The notes beneath the pieces are model-generated. The model saw only the letters and a program-made list of their open reading frames with translations. It was not told the DNA's origin and did no database searches. DNA of 64,000 bases from Candidatus Binatia bacterium (GTDB taxonomy: Bacteria > Desulfobacterota > Binatia > UTPRO1). Positions 8,547 to 20,602 of this stretch are shown in pieces. The stretch is taken from the NCBI GenBank assembly GCA_036496285.1, contig DASXLI010000055.1, positions 3,692 through 67,691 on the forward strand. Reading direction: 5' to 3'. The position numbers were made by a program, and so were the translations under genes. Positions within the stretch are counted from its first letter, which is position 1. Every line of letters begins with the position of its first letter.

Positions 8547-10078
8547 TCCTCGACACCGGCACGGTCGACGGCGACGTCGCGCTCGAGAGCGACGTCTGCG
8601 TCGTCGGCTCGGGGGCGGGCGGCGCCGTCGTGGCGCGCGAGCTCGCGGAGGCGGGACGCTCGGTCGTGATGGTCGAGGACGGCCCGTACGTCACCAGCCG
8701 CGACTTCGTGCAGCGCGAGGAGGTGATGTACCCGCGGATCTACCGGGAGGGCGGCACCATCGCGACGGCGGAGTACGCCGTGCTGGTCACGCAGGGACGG
8801 CTCGTCGGCGGCTCAACGGTGCCGAGCTTCTGCCTGTGCATCCGCCCGCCACGCGCGATCCTCGCCTACTGGGCGCGCGCGTTCGACCTCCCGGGGCTCG
8901 CGTTCGAGGCGCTGGCGCCGCATCTGCGCCGGGTAGAGAAGCAGATCGGCGCCCGCCGCATCACCCCCGAGCAGGTAAACCCGAACGGTGGCAAGCTGAT
9001 CCTCGGCTCCGAGGAGCTCGGCTACCGCGGCTACCTGCCGTTCCACAACCGCCGTGGCTGTGTCGATTCCGGCTACTGCGCGCTCGGCTGCACCTACGAC
9101 CGCAAGGGCGACATGCTGACGACCTTCGTGCCGGCGGCGTCGAAGGCGGGCGCGGTGATCGTCCCCGACTGCGAGATCCGCACGATCGCGACACGCGACG
9201 GGCACGCCGTCGGGGTCGACGGCCTCTTCAACCGCACGCGGACGGGCCAGCGCTACTCGTTCAAGGTCCGCTCCAAGGTCGTCGTGCTCGCCGCAGGCGC
9301 CATCAACTCACCGCGCATCTGGCGCGCGAGCCAGCTGCCGGATCCGGGCGACGAGGTCGGGCGCAACCTGCACCTGCAACCGCACGTCGTGGTGAGCGCG
9401 CTCTATCCGGAGACGATCACCGGCTGGCGCGGCATTCCGCAGGGCTACGTCGTCGACGAGTTCCTGCGGCTCGACGAGCACAGCGCGGGACGCGGGTATC
9501 TCTTGATCCCGACGTCGGGGTTCCCGGTGACGGCGGCGAGCGTGCTGCCCGGCTACGGTGCGCAGCACCGCGAGCTCATGACGCTCTACCCGCGGCTCGG
9601 GGCGATCGGCATCTTCCTCCACGATCACACCCGCGGCCGGCTCGAGTTCTCCGACGACGCGCCCCCGACGGTGAGCTACCGCCTCGGCACGATGGACTCC
9701 GAGCAGCTGGTCGACGCCCTGGTGCGGGCCAGTGACATCAGCTTCGCCGCCGGCGCGGAGAAGGTCTTTCTGCCCTACAACGACGTCGTGACCATCGGCC
9801 ATCGCGGCGCGTACCAGGCGATCCACGAGCGCGGCGTCCGGCCGAACGATCCGCTGTTCCTCTCGTTCCAGCCGCAGGGCACGCTGCGGATGGGCGGCGA
9901 TCCGCGGCACGCGGTCGTCGACGGGGTGGGGGAGGCGTACACGGTCCGCAACCTCTTCGTCGCCGACGCCAGCGTCTTCCCGACCAGCGTCGCCGTTCCG
10001 GCGCAGCTCGCGGTGATGGCGCTCGCGTCGCGTACGGCCCAGCACATCGTGGCCAGCGCGGCGCAATACTTCGCCTGA
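8543..10078 (+). CDS. GMC family FAD-dependent oxidoreductase
   Basis: N-terminal Rossmann motif VCVVGSGAGGAVVARELAEAG. GMC C-terminal region. Start chosen at ATG 8543; the listed ORF begins at 8429 in the same frame. Confidence 0.85.
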   Translation: MILDTGTVDGDVALESDVCVVGSGAGGAVVARELAEAGRSVVMVEDGPYVTSRDFVQREEVMYPRIYREGGTIATAEYAVLVTQGRLVGGSTVPSFCLCIRPPRAILAYWARAFDLPGLAFEALAPHLRRVEKQIGARRITPEQVNPNGGKLILGSEELGYRGYLPFHNRRGCVDSGYCALGCTYDRKGDMLTTFVPAASKAGAVIVPDCEIRTIATRDGHAVGVDGLFNRTRTGQRYSFKVRSKVVVLAAGAINSPRIWRASQLPDPGDEVGRNLHLQPHVVVSALYPETITGWRGIPQGYVVDEFLRLDEHSAGRGYLLIPTSGFPVTAASVLPGYGAQHRELMTLYPRLGAIGIFLHDHTRGRLEFSDDAPPTVSYRLGTMDSEQLVDALVRASDISFAAGAEKVFLPYNDVVTIGHRGAYQAIHERGVRPNDPLFLSFQPQGTLRMGGDPRHAVVDGVGEAYTVRNLFVADASVFPTSVAVPAQLAVMALASRTAQHIVASAAQYFA

Positions 10079-10126
10079 GGCGGTCGCTCCGAAGCGGCCG
10101 GGTTGCCGCGACCGCTACTTCAGCGT

Positions 10127-11557
10127 CTATTTCAGCGTTTTGGCCGAGAAGCCGCGGTCGTTGAACGTCAGCAGGGTACGCTTGCCGCTCACGACCGACT
10201 CGAGGACGACCTCGCGTCCCCACAGGCGATAGACGTAGCCGAGCGTCTTCTCGGCGTTCTCGAGGTGCAGATCGCGGTCGTCGTGCTGGTGCACCAGATA
10301 GAGCGTGCGCTTGTGGCCGAAATCGGCGTCCTCGATGCGGATCACGGGGATCGTCGCCATGCCGACGCTGCGCAGGAGCTGCTCCTTCACGTCGCGCCAG
10401 CCCTCCTTGTCGGCGACCTTGCTGATCACGAGGTCGTCGCCCTTCGGCTCGTACTCGAAGAGGTCGAGCTCCCGCATGAGCTCCTCGGTCAGGTAGCGAC
10501 GCAGGAACGACACGTCACGGTCGGTCGCGCGGGCCTCGAGCAGCTTCTGCATGCCGGTCATCGTCGGCGCGCCGCTCTCCTCGATCTCGTCCTTCGTGGG
10601 CTCGTCGAAGCGGCGCTTCAGGTCGGTCCAGACCTTCAGGCCGACGTGGTACGGGTTCAGTCCGCCGGGCTGCGGGCGCACCACCTGGTTGTGGCGGACG
10701 AGGAACTCGAGGTGCAGATCCTGCGGCAGGTCGATCGCGTTCATGATCTCGCGGTGGACCCAGGAGGCCCAGCCCTCGTTCATGATCTTGGTCTCGATCT
10801 GCGGAATGAAGTAGCGCGCCTCCTCGTCGACGATCGTCAGGAGGTCGCGCTCCCAGTTCGCCAGATACGGGTTGTTGTCCCGGATGAAGAGGAGCAGGTC
10901 CTCCTCGGGCGAGAGCGGGATCTTCTGCAGATCGGGCTGTACGTACTCCGTCCGCCGATGCAGCCGCTGATAGGGATCGGGCGCCGGCTCGGCGGCCTGG
11001 AGGATGCGCTCGCGCTCCTCGTCGGGGGTGAGCTTGCGGATCGCGAGATTGCGGCGGCGCTGCAGCGAGAGCGCGTGCGCGGCATCGAGGATGGACTCGA
11101 CGCGGTCGACGCCGATCGAGGGATCCTCGGTGTAGCGGCGCACGCGCTCCGCGTGCGCCTTGAAGGTGCCGAGGGTGAACTCCGCACGGGTGGTCTTGAA
11201 GGTGAAGTTGTTCTTGAAGAAGTCGTTGTGGCCGTAGACGTGGGCGATCGTCAGAATCTGCAGGCAGAGCGAGTTGTCCCGCATGAGGTAGGCGAGGGCA
11301 GGGCTCGAGTTGATCACCATCTCGTACGGCAGGCCGCTCACGCCGTACTCGTAGAGGGTCTTCAGCTTCTCGAACGACTTGCCGTACGACCAGTGCGGGT
11401 AGTGCGACGGGATGCCCGAGTACGCCATGTACGTGAGCATGTCCGTATGGTTGCAGAGCTCGAACTCCTGCGGGTAGCAGTCGAGCCCGAGCCGATCCAC
11501 CTGCTCGCGGATCTTGGCGTCCCAGTACTCGAGATCGCTGACGTCCCACGCGGCCAT
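10127..11557 (-). CDS. spoVR: SpoVR/YcgB family protein
   Basis: Full-length SpoVR-like sequence (about 476 aa), immediately downstream of the yeaH-like gene. Confidence 0.9.
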   Translation of the reverse strand: MAAWDVSDLEYWDAKIREQVDRLGLDCYPQEFELCNHTDMLTYMAYSGIPSHYPHWSYGKSFEKLKTLYEYGVSGLPYEMVINSSPALAYLMRDNSLCLQILTIAHVYGHNDFFKNNFTFKTTRAEFTLGTFKAHAERVRRYTEDPSIGVDRVESILDAAHALSLQRRRNLAIRKLTPDEERERILQAAEPAPDPYQRLHRRTEYVQPDLQKIPLSPEEDLLLFIRDNNPYLANWERDLLTIVDEEARYFIPQIETKIMNEGWASWVHREIMNAIDLPQDLHLEFLVRHNQVVRPQPGGLNPYHVGLKVWTDLKRRFDEPTKDEIEESGAPTMTGMQKLLEARATDRDVSFLRRYLTEELMRELDLFEYEPKGDDLVISKVADKEGWRDVKEQLLRSVGMATIPVIRIEDADFGHKRTLYLVHQHDDRDLHLENAEKTLGYVYRLWGREVVLESVVSGKRTLLTFNDRGFSAKTLK

Positions 11558-11561
11558 CGGC

Positions 11562-12800
<1,239 letters not shown>

Positions 12801-12833
12801 GGCCCGCCCCCCGGTCAGCTCATACTGCCGGCG

Positions 12834-14771
12834 TCAGTCCTTCCACAGGTTGTTCGCCGCGTACTTGAGCACGACGTCGACGCAGCTCTCGCAGTAGCCG
12901 TTGTCGAGGAGGTTCTTGACCATCGCGTTGTACTTGCCGGTCTGGTCCTCGTCGCGGGTGCGTGCCTTGGTGATGATGCGGCTGATGTCGCGCACCGACG
13001 TCATGAGCTTCTTCTCGATCGCCTCCTTCAAGGGCTCGTAGCTCTTGTAGGTGATGCGCTCGCCGCGCCGGCTGCCGGCCCACAGGTACGCGATGACCTC
13101 CTGGCGGAAGCCCTCGGCCGCGGAGCCGATGATCGCGATCTGCTCCTCGATCGACTTGAGGAAGCCCTCGTCGGGCTGGAGATCCTCGCGCGTGTTGCGG
13201 TCCTTCACCCGCGTCTTGTTGACGAACGCCTCCGCGTGATCGAGGTAGTTCTGGAAGAGCGCCTCGGCCTGCTCCTGGTAGGAGTAGACGAACGCCTTGG
13301 TGATCTCCTTCTCCAGGACCTCGAGGTACTCCTTGTGCAACACGTCCTGCAGGAACTCGAGGTGCTGCTTGCGGGTGTCGTCGCCGACGTCGGCTTCCTT
13401 TACCATTGCGATCAGCGCCTCGCGGACGTTGATCGGGTTGATGCAGTTGCCCTCGACGTTGTCGGAGAGCGCGTTGTCGAGCGCCTTCATGATGAAGCGC
13501 GTCGAGATGCCGCTCATGCCCTCGCGCTTGGCGTCCTCGCGCAGCTCATGGAAGTCGATCTTCTTGGTCTTGCCCTTCTCGACCACTTCCTCGCCGTTGT
13601 AGAGCTTGAGCTTCGTCATCAAATCGCACTTGTTGTTCGGCTCAAGGCGCGACAGGATCGCGAACATCGAGGCGACCTCGAGCGTGTGCGGCGCGACGTG
13701 GGCGCGGAAGTCGGAGTTGCGGATGATCTTCTGGTAGATCTTCACCTCCTCCGACAGGCGGAGGTTGTAGGGCACCCGCACCACGACGATGCGGTCGAGG
13801 ATCGCCTCGTTGGTGTGGTCGGCGCGGAACTTCTGCCATTCGGCCTCGTTCGAGTGCGCGCAGATGACGGTGTCGACGTACACGAGGCCGTGGCGGCCCG
13901 GGGCCGGGATGACCTTCTCCTGCGTCGCGGTGATCATCGCGTGCAGGTACTCGGTCTCGTTCTTGAAGACCTCGATGAACTCGACGACGCCGCGGTTGCC
14001 GACGTTCAGTGCGCCGTTCAGGTCGAGGACGCGCGGATCGCCCTCGGAGTACTGGTCGAGCTTCGAGATGTCCTCGCTGCCGATCAGCACGGAGGTGTCC
14101 TGGTTGTTGGGATCGACCGGTGGGACGACGCCGATGCCGATGCGGTTGCGCTTGGAGAAGAACTTGGTGGCGATCGGCACCTCTTCGTAGCGGCCGGCGA
14201 ACTCGTCCTTCAGCCGGTAGCGGCACACGGGGCAGAGGTCGCCCTCGATGTGCGTGCCGAGCATCTTCTCGAACTCCTTGCGCAGGTGGCGCGGGATGAG
14301 GTGCAGCGGCTCCTCGAACATGGGGCAGCCCTCGATCACGTAGATCGGTTCGCTCGCCTCGAGGCCGCGCTGCAGCTTCTCGGCCAGTGAGCTCTTGCCC
14401 GAGCCCACGGGGCCCATCAGGTAGAGGACCTGGCGGCTCTCCTCGCCCTTCAGCGAGGCGGCATGGAAGTAGCGCACGATCTGCGCGATCGTCCGCTCGA
14501 TGCCGAAGAACTCGTCCCGGAAGAAGTTGTAGACCTTGACGGACTCGTCCTTGTAGAGCCGCTTCACCCTCGGATCGTCACCCTCGAGGATGTCGGACGT
14601 GCCGATCTTGATGATCACGTCATAGAGGCGCGAGTGCGAGAGCTTGGGAAGACTCGGATCCTCACGCACGCGCTCCAGGTAGTCGAGAAACGTGCCGCGC
14701 CACGCCTTCTGCTCGTGGGCGACTCGATCGTCCTTGATCAACTTCTCAAAGACGCTCTTCCCGTTTTCCAT
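12834..14771 (-). CDS. prkA: PrkA family serine protein kinase (AAA+ N-terminal domain)
   Basis: Walker-type P-loop LMGPVGSGKSSLAEKL. About 645 aa. Conserved PrkA C-terminal domain. Confidence 0.9.
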   Translation of the reverse strand: MENGKSVFEKLIKDDRVAHEQKAWRGTFLDYLERVREDPSLPKLSHSRLYDVIIKIGTSDILEGDDPRVKRLYKDESVKVYNFFRDEFFGIERTIAQIVRYFHAASLKGEESRQVLYLMGPVGSGKSSLAEKLQRGLEASEPIYVIEGCPMFEEPLHLIPRHLRKEFEKMLGTHIEGDLCPVCRYRLKDEFAGRYEEVPIATKFFSKRNRIGIGVVPPVDPNNQDTSVLIGSEDISKLDQYSEGDPRVLDLNGALNVGNRGVVEFIEVFKNETEYLHAMITATQEKVIPAPGRHGLVYVDTVICAHSNEAEWQKFRADHTNEAILDRIVVVRVPYNLRLSEEVKIYQKIIRNSDFRAHVAPHTLEVASMFAILSRLEPNNKCDLMTKLKLYNGEEVVEKGKTKKIDFHELREDAKREGMSGISTRFIMKALDNALSDNVEGNCINPINVREALIAMVKEADVGDDTRKQHLEFLQDVLHKEYLEVLEKEITKAFVYSYQEQAEALFQNYLDHAEAFVNKTRVKDRNTREDLQPDEGFLKSIEEQIAIIGSAAEGFRQEVIAYLWAGSRRGERITYKSYEPLKEAIEKKLMTSVRDISRIITKARTRDEDQTGKYNAMVKNLLDNGYCESCVDVVLKYAANNLWKD

Positions 14772-15144
14772 AGCTGCTCCTTCCCGGCACGTGGACCGGG
14801 AGCTCGAGGGAACGGCGCGTCGTGCAGCGACGCGCGTAGCCCGCGTGCGTTGCTGTCATGCAAAAGTATAGTGGTGTGCGGAAGCCCCGAGCAAGTACGC
14901 TTCGCCGCGCATGCCGCGGAGCGGCGTTGCGTGCGCGCCGCGAACGTGCTGCCGCACGGGAGTAAGGAAGAAACGAATCGGGAGCGCCGTGACGGCGCAT
15001 CGTCCGACCGCATCATCCATCGGCCACCTGACATGGCCTACCTCCCCTCGCCCGCAGAAACGGTAGCACCGTGATTCGCGAGGTGTCAACGTCGAAGCGT
15101 TCACGGCGCTTGCGATCCGTCCGCGTTTCGCACAGGACATCCTG

Positions 15145-16629
15145 GTGAACGCGACCGAATCCCTGCGGCGGGCGGCGCGATGCTGGCCGGAGCGCGAAGG
15201 CATCCGCGACGCCGAGCAATCCCTGACGTTTCGCGAGCTCGACGCCCGTGTCAATCGTCTGGCTCGGCTCCTGCGCCGCGTCGGCGTGACGCGCGGCGAC
15301 CGCGTCGCGACCCATCTGCAGAACTCGGTCGCCCACGTCGTGGCACAGCTCGCCGTGGTGCGCGCGGGCGCGGCGTGGGTCGGCATCAACCGCCGCCTCG
15401 CACCGCGTGAGGCCGCGTACATGCTCGACCACTCCGGCGCGCGGGCATTGCTCACGGACGGCGGCGGCGCGCCGCGCGGCGCCCCAGCCGTCGAGACGCT
15501 CGACGTGAGCGGGGGCGATGCCGAGATCGAGCGCCGGCTCGGCGCCGAGCGCGCCGACGCGCCGACGATCCCGACCACCGAGGACGACATCGTCCGCCTG
15601 CGCTATACGTCGGGGACCACCGGGAAGCCGAAGGCGGCCGTCCTCACCCACGCGAGCGCGCTCACGTCGCTCCGCAACCTGCTCGCCGAGCTGCACGAGC
15701 TCGGCCCGGAGGACGTCGCGCTGCACGTGACCCCGCTCACCCACGCCAGCGAGGCGCTCCTGGCGCCGGCGTTCTGGCGCGGCGCGCGCACCGTCATCGC
15801 CGCGACGACTGACCCGGCCGCGCTCGCCGAGACCATCGCGCGCGAGCGCGTGTCGATGCTCTTCCTGGTGCCGACCACGATCGCGGGGCTCGTCGACGCA
15901 CTCGCGGGCGCCCCGCGGGCGCTGCCGAGCCTGCGGACGCTCGTCTACGGCGCGGCGCCGATTCCGCCGGACGTCCTGCAGCGGGCGCTCGCGTGTCTCG
16001 GGCCGGTCCTGCTGCAGATCTACGGCATGAGCGAGTGCCCGTTTCCGATCACCACGCTGCGGAAGGCGGACCACCTCGATCCGCTGCACCAGGGCAGCTG
16101 CGGCGTACCCACGGCGATGAACGAGGTGCGCGTCGTCGACCTCGACGGCCAGCCCCTCCCCGTCGGCGAGGTCGGACAGATCGCCGTGCGCGGCCCGCAG
16201 ATGATGCGCGGATACTGGCAGGATCCCGAGGCGACGGGCGCGGTGCTACGCGACGGCTGGCTGCGCTCCGGCGACCTCGGCCGGCTCGACGACGCGGGGT
16301 TCCTCACGCTCGTCGATCGCAGCGACGACGTCATCATCACGGGCGGCTTCAACGTCTACCCGCGCGAGGTCGAGCTGGTTCTCGAGGAGCACCCCGCCGT
16401 CGCCGAGGCCGGCGTTGCCGCGGTCCCGCATCCGCGCTGGGGCCAGGGCGTCGGCGCCTGGGTCGTGCTGCGTCCGCAAGCCGCGACCACCGCCGAGGAG
16501 CTCATCGCCTTCTGCCGCGACCGCCTCGCGGGCTACAAGAAGCCCGTCGAGCTCCGCGTCGTTCCCGAGCTCCCCCGCAACTCGACCGGCAAGCTGCTGA
16601 GGCGCCATCTGCGGCAGAAGATCAAGTAG
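15145..16629 (+). CDS. AMP-dependent synthetase/ligase (acyl-CoA synthetase family)
   Basis: Adenylation motifs YTSGTTGKPKAAV and GYWQDPEAT...GWLRSGDLG, and the C-terminal lysine motif PRNSTGKLLR. Confidence 0.85.
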   Translation: MNATESLRRAARCWPEREGIRDAEQSLTFRELDARVNRLARLLRRVGVTRGDRVATHLQNSVAHVVAQLAVVRAGAAWVGINRRLAPREAAYMLDHSGARALLTDGGGAPRGAPAVETLDVSGGDAEIERRLGAERADAPTIPTTEDDIVRLRYTSGTTGKPKAAVLTHASALTSLRNLLAELHELGPEDVALHVTPLTHASEALLAPAFWRGARTVIAATTDPAALAETIARERVSMLFLVPTTIAGLVDALAGAPRALPSLRTLVYGAAPIPPDVLQRALACLGPVLLQIYGMSECPFPITTLRKADHLDPLHQGSCGVPTAMNEVRVVDLDGQPLPVGEVGQIAVRGPQMMRGYWQDPEATGAVLRDGWLRSGDLGRLDDAGFLTLVDRSDDVIITGGFNVYPREVELVLEEHPAVAEAGVAAVPHPRWGQGVGAWVVLRPQAATTAEELIAFCRDRLAGYKKPVELRVVPELPRNSTGKLLRRHLRQKIK

Positions 16630-16647
16630 AGTCAGGAGGATCACGCC

Positions 16648-17127
16648 ATGCATCACGTCGCGCAACGCTCCGCAGCCATCGTCATCGTCGCCGCACTCGT
16701 GTTCGGGGCCTCGACGGGCCGAGGGGCGACTTCCGGACAACGGTTTCTCGCGGCCGTGTTGGCCGCGCGCAGCGGCGCCGCGCGACAGCAGGCCGAGGCG
16801 CTGCCGTCCAACAAGGGCATCCAGGAGACCCCGGACACGAAGCACATCCTGGTCAGCAAGGACGTGGGATCGGACCGCTGGGCCATCTCGGGCAATGCCG
16901 ACGACGGCACGCTCAGCGGCAACGTCTTCCGTGGCGAGGGGAGTCCGCCCGCCTTCGTCTGGTGCAACCAGACTGGCGACGACCTCAATCCAGACATCCG
17001 GAACCGGATCGCGACGTACGCGTGCTTCGGATCCGACGCGTGTCCCGCGGCGCCGTGCGACCTGCAAACTCAGTGGGTGCTGATCAACGACAGCGTCCAG
17101 CTACGCGGCGCCTTCTTCCTGCCCTGA
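16648..17127 (+). CDS. hypothetical secreted protein (signal peptide, several Cys)
   Basis: N-terminal hydrophobic region AAIVIVAALVFGAST. No recognisable domain. Confidence 0.45.
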   Translation: MHHVAQRSAAIVIVAALVFGASTGRGATSGQRFLAAVLAARSGAARQQAEALPSNKGIQETPDTKHILVSKDVGSDRWAISGNADDGTLSGNVFRGEGSPPAFVWCNQTGDDLNPDIRNRIATYACFGSDACPAAPCDLQTQWVLINDSVQLRGAFFLP

Positions 17128-17169
17128 GCCGAGCGCAGGTCGGGGCGCCGCCGTCACGGTCGCGCGACC

Positions 17170-19020
17170 TCAATACGCGTTGCTGAAGCCTCCGTCAGCG
17201 ACGTCGAGCGGGCTCCGGTCGCCGGCGATGATCGCGCCGACCTTCGCGTGCACGCCCGGCAGGACGTAGTTGACGTAGTACTTCGCCGCCATGACCTTGC
17301 CGGAGTAGAAGTCGAAGTCCTCCTGGCTCTGCTCGTCGCCCTGGATGCGCTTGCCGTCGGCGATCATCGCGGCCTGCATGAGGAGGTGCGCGATCGTCAC
17401 CTCGGCCATGGCCTCGAGGAAGGCGTTGGCGACCAGCGTCACCTGGTCGATCTTGCCGCCCATGAAGAACTCCATGAGGGCGCCGGCGGCACGCTGCAGC
17501 GCCTCGCTGGCCTCGCCGAGCGCCCGCACCTCGCCGGCGAGGCCGGGCTGGCCGGCGTGCGCCTCGACGAACGTGGCGATCTCCGTGAGGAAGTGGCGCA
17601 GGTTCTCGCCGCCGTGCTCCTGCAGCTTGCGGGCGACGAGGTCGAGGGCCTGGATGTGATTCGTGCCCTCGTAGATCGAGAAGATCTTCGCGTCGCGGCA
17701 GTATTGCTCGACCGGGTTGTCGTTGACGTAGCCGGCGCCGCCGTAGGTCTGGATGGCGAGCTCGGCAATGCGGAATGCCTGGTCGGCGCAGTACGCCTTC
17801 ACGATCGGCGTGAGCAGATCGACCTGGCCCTGATGATAGATGGCCTTCGCCTCGTCGGTCTTCTTGAGGGCGACGGCGAGATCGGCGTGCAACGCGAGCT
17901 TGATCACCAGCGTGCGCATGCCTTCCACTTTGGCCTTCATCTCGAGCAGCATGCGCCGGACGTCGGCGTGCTCGATGATGGCGACGCGCGGCGCGTTGGG
18001 GTCCTTGAAGTGGCGCACCGACGAGCCCTGCATCCGCTCGCGCGCGTAGGAGAGCGCGTTCAGGTAGGCCGTCGAGGCGACGGAGAGGCCCTGGACGCCG
18101 ACGGCGATGCGCGCCCCGTTCATCATGCGGAACATCTGCCGCATGCCCATGTTGGCCTGGCCGCCGACGAGGATGCCGCGGCAGCCGTCGTTCTCGCCGA
18201 AGTTGAGGACGGCCGTTGCCGACGCGCGGATGCCGAGCTTGTGCTCGATCGATGCGGTGACGACGTCGTTCGGGTTGCCGAGCGAGCCGTCGTCGTTCAC
18301 CCAGATCTTCGGGACGATGAAGAGCGACAGGCCCTTGGTGCCGGCGGGCGCGCCCTCGATGCGGGCGAGGACGAGATGGATGATGTTCTCGGCGAGGTCG
18401 TGGTCACCGGCGGAGATCCAGCACTTGGTGCCGGCGATCTCGTAGACGTTGCCCTCGATCCGCTTGGCACGCGTCGTGGTGGCGCCGACGTCGGAGCCGG
18501 CGTGCGGCTCGGAGAGGCACATCGTGCCGGAGAACCGCCCCTCGATCATCGGCGGCAGGAAGCGATGGCGGTCGTCGGGGAGCGCGAAGTTCTCGATCAG
18601 GTCGGCCGCGCCGTGGGTCAGCCCGGGATACATGTTGAAGGCGGTGTTCGCGCCGCTCTGCAGCTCCTCCAGCACCACCGCGATGCAGTGCGGACCGCCG
18701 AACCCGCCGGCCTCGGTTCCCATGGGAAAGGACATGAACCCGAGCTCGAAGAGCTTCCGCCACGCCTCCTTGAAACCAGGCGGCGTGCGCGTCACGCCCT
18801 TCTCGAGGAGGCAGCCGACGCGGTCACCGGTGCCGTTCAGCGGGCCGGTGAACTCGTTCACGAAGCGCAGGCACTGCTCGATCGTCGCGTCGCATTCCTC
18901 CCGCGAGAGATGCGAGAACGTCTCGTGCTCGAAGACCTGCTCGACGTGGAGATGCTCGTAGAGCGTGAACTGGATGGCGCGAAGATCGGCCTTGAAGTTG
19001 TTCACGGCTGCTCCAGACAT
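17170..19020 (-). CDS. long-form acyl-CoA dehydrogenase (ACAD core plus C-terminal extension)
   Basis: ACAD motifs throughout. Start trimmed to ATG at 19020 (MSGAAVNNF...). About 617 aa. Confidence 0.85.
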   Translation of the reverse strand: MSGAAVNNFKADLRAIQFTLYEHLHVEQVFEHETFSHLSREECDATIEQCLRFVNEFTGPLNGTGDRVGCLLEKGVTRTPPGFKEAWRKLFELGFMSFPMGTEAGGFGGPHCIAVVLEELQSGANTAFNMYPGLTHGAADLIENFALPDDRHRFLPPMIEGRFSGTMCLSEPHAGSDVGATTTRAKRIEGNVYEIAGTKCWISAGDHDLAENIIHLVLARIEGAPAGTKGLSLFIVPKIWVNDDGSLGNPNDVVTASIEHKLGIRASATAVLNFGENDGCRGILVGGQANMGMRQMFRMMNGARIAVGVQGLSVASTAYLNALSYARERMQGSSVRHFKDPNAPRVAIIEHADVRRMLLEMKAKVEGMRTLVIKLALHADLAVALKKTDEAKAIYHQGQVDLLTPIVKAYCADQAFRIAELAIQTYGGAGYVNDNPVEQYCRDAKIFSIYEGTNHIQALDLVARKLQEHGGENLRHFLTEIATFVEAHAGQPGLAGEVRALGEASEALQRAAGALMEFFMGGKIDQVTLVANAFLEAMAEVTIAHLLMQAAMIADGKRIQGDEQSQEDFDFYSGKVMAAKYYVNYVLPGVHAKVGAIIAGDRSPLDVADGGFSNAY

Positions 19021-19169
19021 GCGGGGTGTCCTTTCTCTCCGGGCGGGTTGAAGCCCGCCAAGCTGCCTCAAAACTCGCAAATGTCAAGGAATCGGCGGCG
19101 CTGTCGCATCCGCGCTGGCGGAACCGCGGGCGGTTGCACTGCCGCGGCGGAGAACGTAGTGGCGGGACG

Positions 19170-19838
19170 ATGCGGGAGCCCTCCGCGACGACCGAGGCGC
19201 CCTACGTCCCCGCGCTCGGGTTCGCGGCGCTCACTCGCCTGTACGACCCGGTGCTGCGTGCGACACTTCGCGAGGATGTCTTCAAGCGGGCGCTGGTGGC
19301 CCAGGTGGCGCCGGCGAGTGGATCGCGCGTGCTCGACCTCGGGGCGGGCACCGGCACCCTCACCATGCTGCTTCAGCGGGCGGCGCCGGGCGCGACCGTG
19401 GTCGGGGTCGACGGCGACGCCGCGATCCTCGCGCTCGCCCGCCGCAAGGCGGCCGCTGCGGAGCTCGTCCTGCGCTTCGACCACGCGATGGCCGACGCGC
19501 TGCCGTACGACGACGGCTCGTTCGACCGCGTCGTGTCGAGCTTGCTCTTGCACCACCTGACGCCCGCGGTGAAGCGGCGCGCCCTCGCCGAGGCGCACCG
19601 CGTGCTCGTGCCGGGCGGGGAGCTGCACGTCGCCGACTGGGGGCGCCCGCAGAACGCGTTGATGCGCGTCCTCTTCGTCGGCATCCAGCTGCTCGACGGC
19701 TTCGCCACGACGGCCGAGAACGTCGACGGCATGCTGCCCGAGCTCTTCCGCGAGGCGGGCTTCCGCGACGTCCACGAGACGCGCGCCTTCGCCACCGTCT
19801 TCGGCACGATCGCGCTCTACCGCGGCCGGCGGGTCTGA
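19170..19838 (+). CDS. class I SAM-dependent methyltransferase
   Basis: Motif I VLDLGAGTGTLT. Start trimmed to MREPSATTE. Methyltransf_11/25-like. Confidence 0.75.
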   Translation: MREPSATTEAPYVPALGFAALTRLYDPVLRATLREDVFKRALVAQVAPASGSRVLDLGAGTGTLTMLLQRAAPGATVVGVDGDAAILALARRKAAAAELVLRFDHAMADALPYDDGSFDRVVSSLLLHHLTPAVKRRALAEAHRVLVPGGELHVADWGRPQNALMRVLFVGIQLLDGFATTAENVDGMLPELFREAGFRDVHETRAFATVFGTIALYRGRRV

Positions 19839-19845
19839 GCGCGTC

Positions 19846-20520
19846 TCAGGGCAGCGCGCCCCGCTGCAGGACCTCATAGGGCGCGGCGTACATGCTGCGC
19901 TTCAGGGCGCCGTAGGTCTGCCGGTCCTTGCTCGCGAGCGCGGCGGCGCGCGCGATCGCGGCCGGCAGCACCTCGTCGGCGGCGACCGCCTCGTCGACGA
20001 TGCCGCGCGTGACCGCGTCGCCGCCGCCGACGCGCGCGCCGGTGAGGATGGCGTCGCGGAACACGGTCGGCGAGAGCCGGCACACGATCAGCGCCGTCAT
20101 GCCGGGCGCGAGCGGCACGCGGATGTCGACCTCGGGGAGGCAGAAGAAGCCGCGGTCCCTCCGCATGACGCGGAAGTCGTGGGCGAGCGCCAGCATGCCG
20201 CCCGCCGCGAAGGCGTGGCCGTTGATCGCAGCGACCGTCGGCACGGGCAGGACGAGGAAGCGGCCCAGCATGCGCTGCACGTCGCCGACGAACGTGCTCG
20301 CCTCGGCCGCGCCGTCGCCCATCATCCAGTTCAGGTCGAGGCCGTTCGAGTAGAACTTGTCCTCGCCGGTCGTGACGAGGGCGGCGGGCCCGCTCGACGC
20401 CTCGACGGTGTCGAGCGCCGCGTTCAGGGCGTCGACGGAGTCGCGGTTGAAGCGGTTCTCCCCGGCCCGCATGGTGAGCACGAACACGTCGCCGTCGCGG
20501 CGCAGATCGACGAGGGACAT
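19846..20520 (-). CDS. enoyl-CoA hydratase/isomerase (crotonase) family protein
   Basis: Crotonase oxyanion-hole region AAINGHAFAAGGMLALAHDFRVM. Start trimmed to MSLVDLRRDG. Confidence 0.8.
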   Translation of the reverse strand: MSLVDLRRDGDVFVLTMRAGENRFNRDSVDALNAALDTVEASSGPAALVTTGEDKFYSNGLDLNWMMGDGAAEASTFVGDVQRMLGRFLVLPVPTVAAINGHAFAAGGMLALAHDFRVMRRDRGFFCLPEVDIRVPLAPGMTALIVCRLSPTVFRDAILTGARVGGGDAVTRGIVDEAVAADEVLPAAIARAAALASKDRQTYGALKRSMYAAPYEVLQRGALP

Positions 20521-20602
20521 CCTGGCTCCTTCTCGCGCGCGCGGCGCGCGGCTCGTAGTGGGCCGCCTTCTAGCCCGCGCGCCGACCTGTCGCACGCGGG
20601 GT

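Noticed and set aside
14772-15144. Sigma-54 (-24/-12) promoter upstream of prkA, and small ORFs in this 370-bp lower-GC spacer.
   Set aside because: No TGGCAC-N5-TTGC-like element was found on the minus strand. The only ORF (MAYLPSPAETVAP, 13 aa) has no support.
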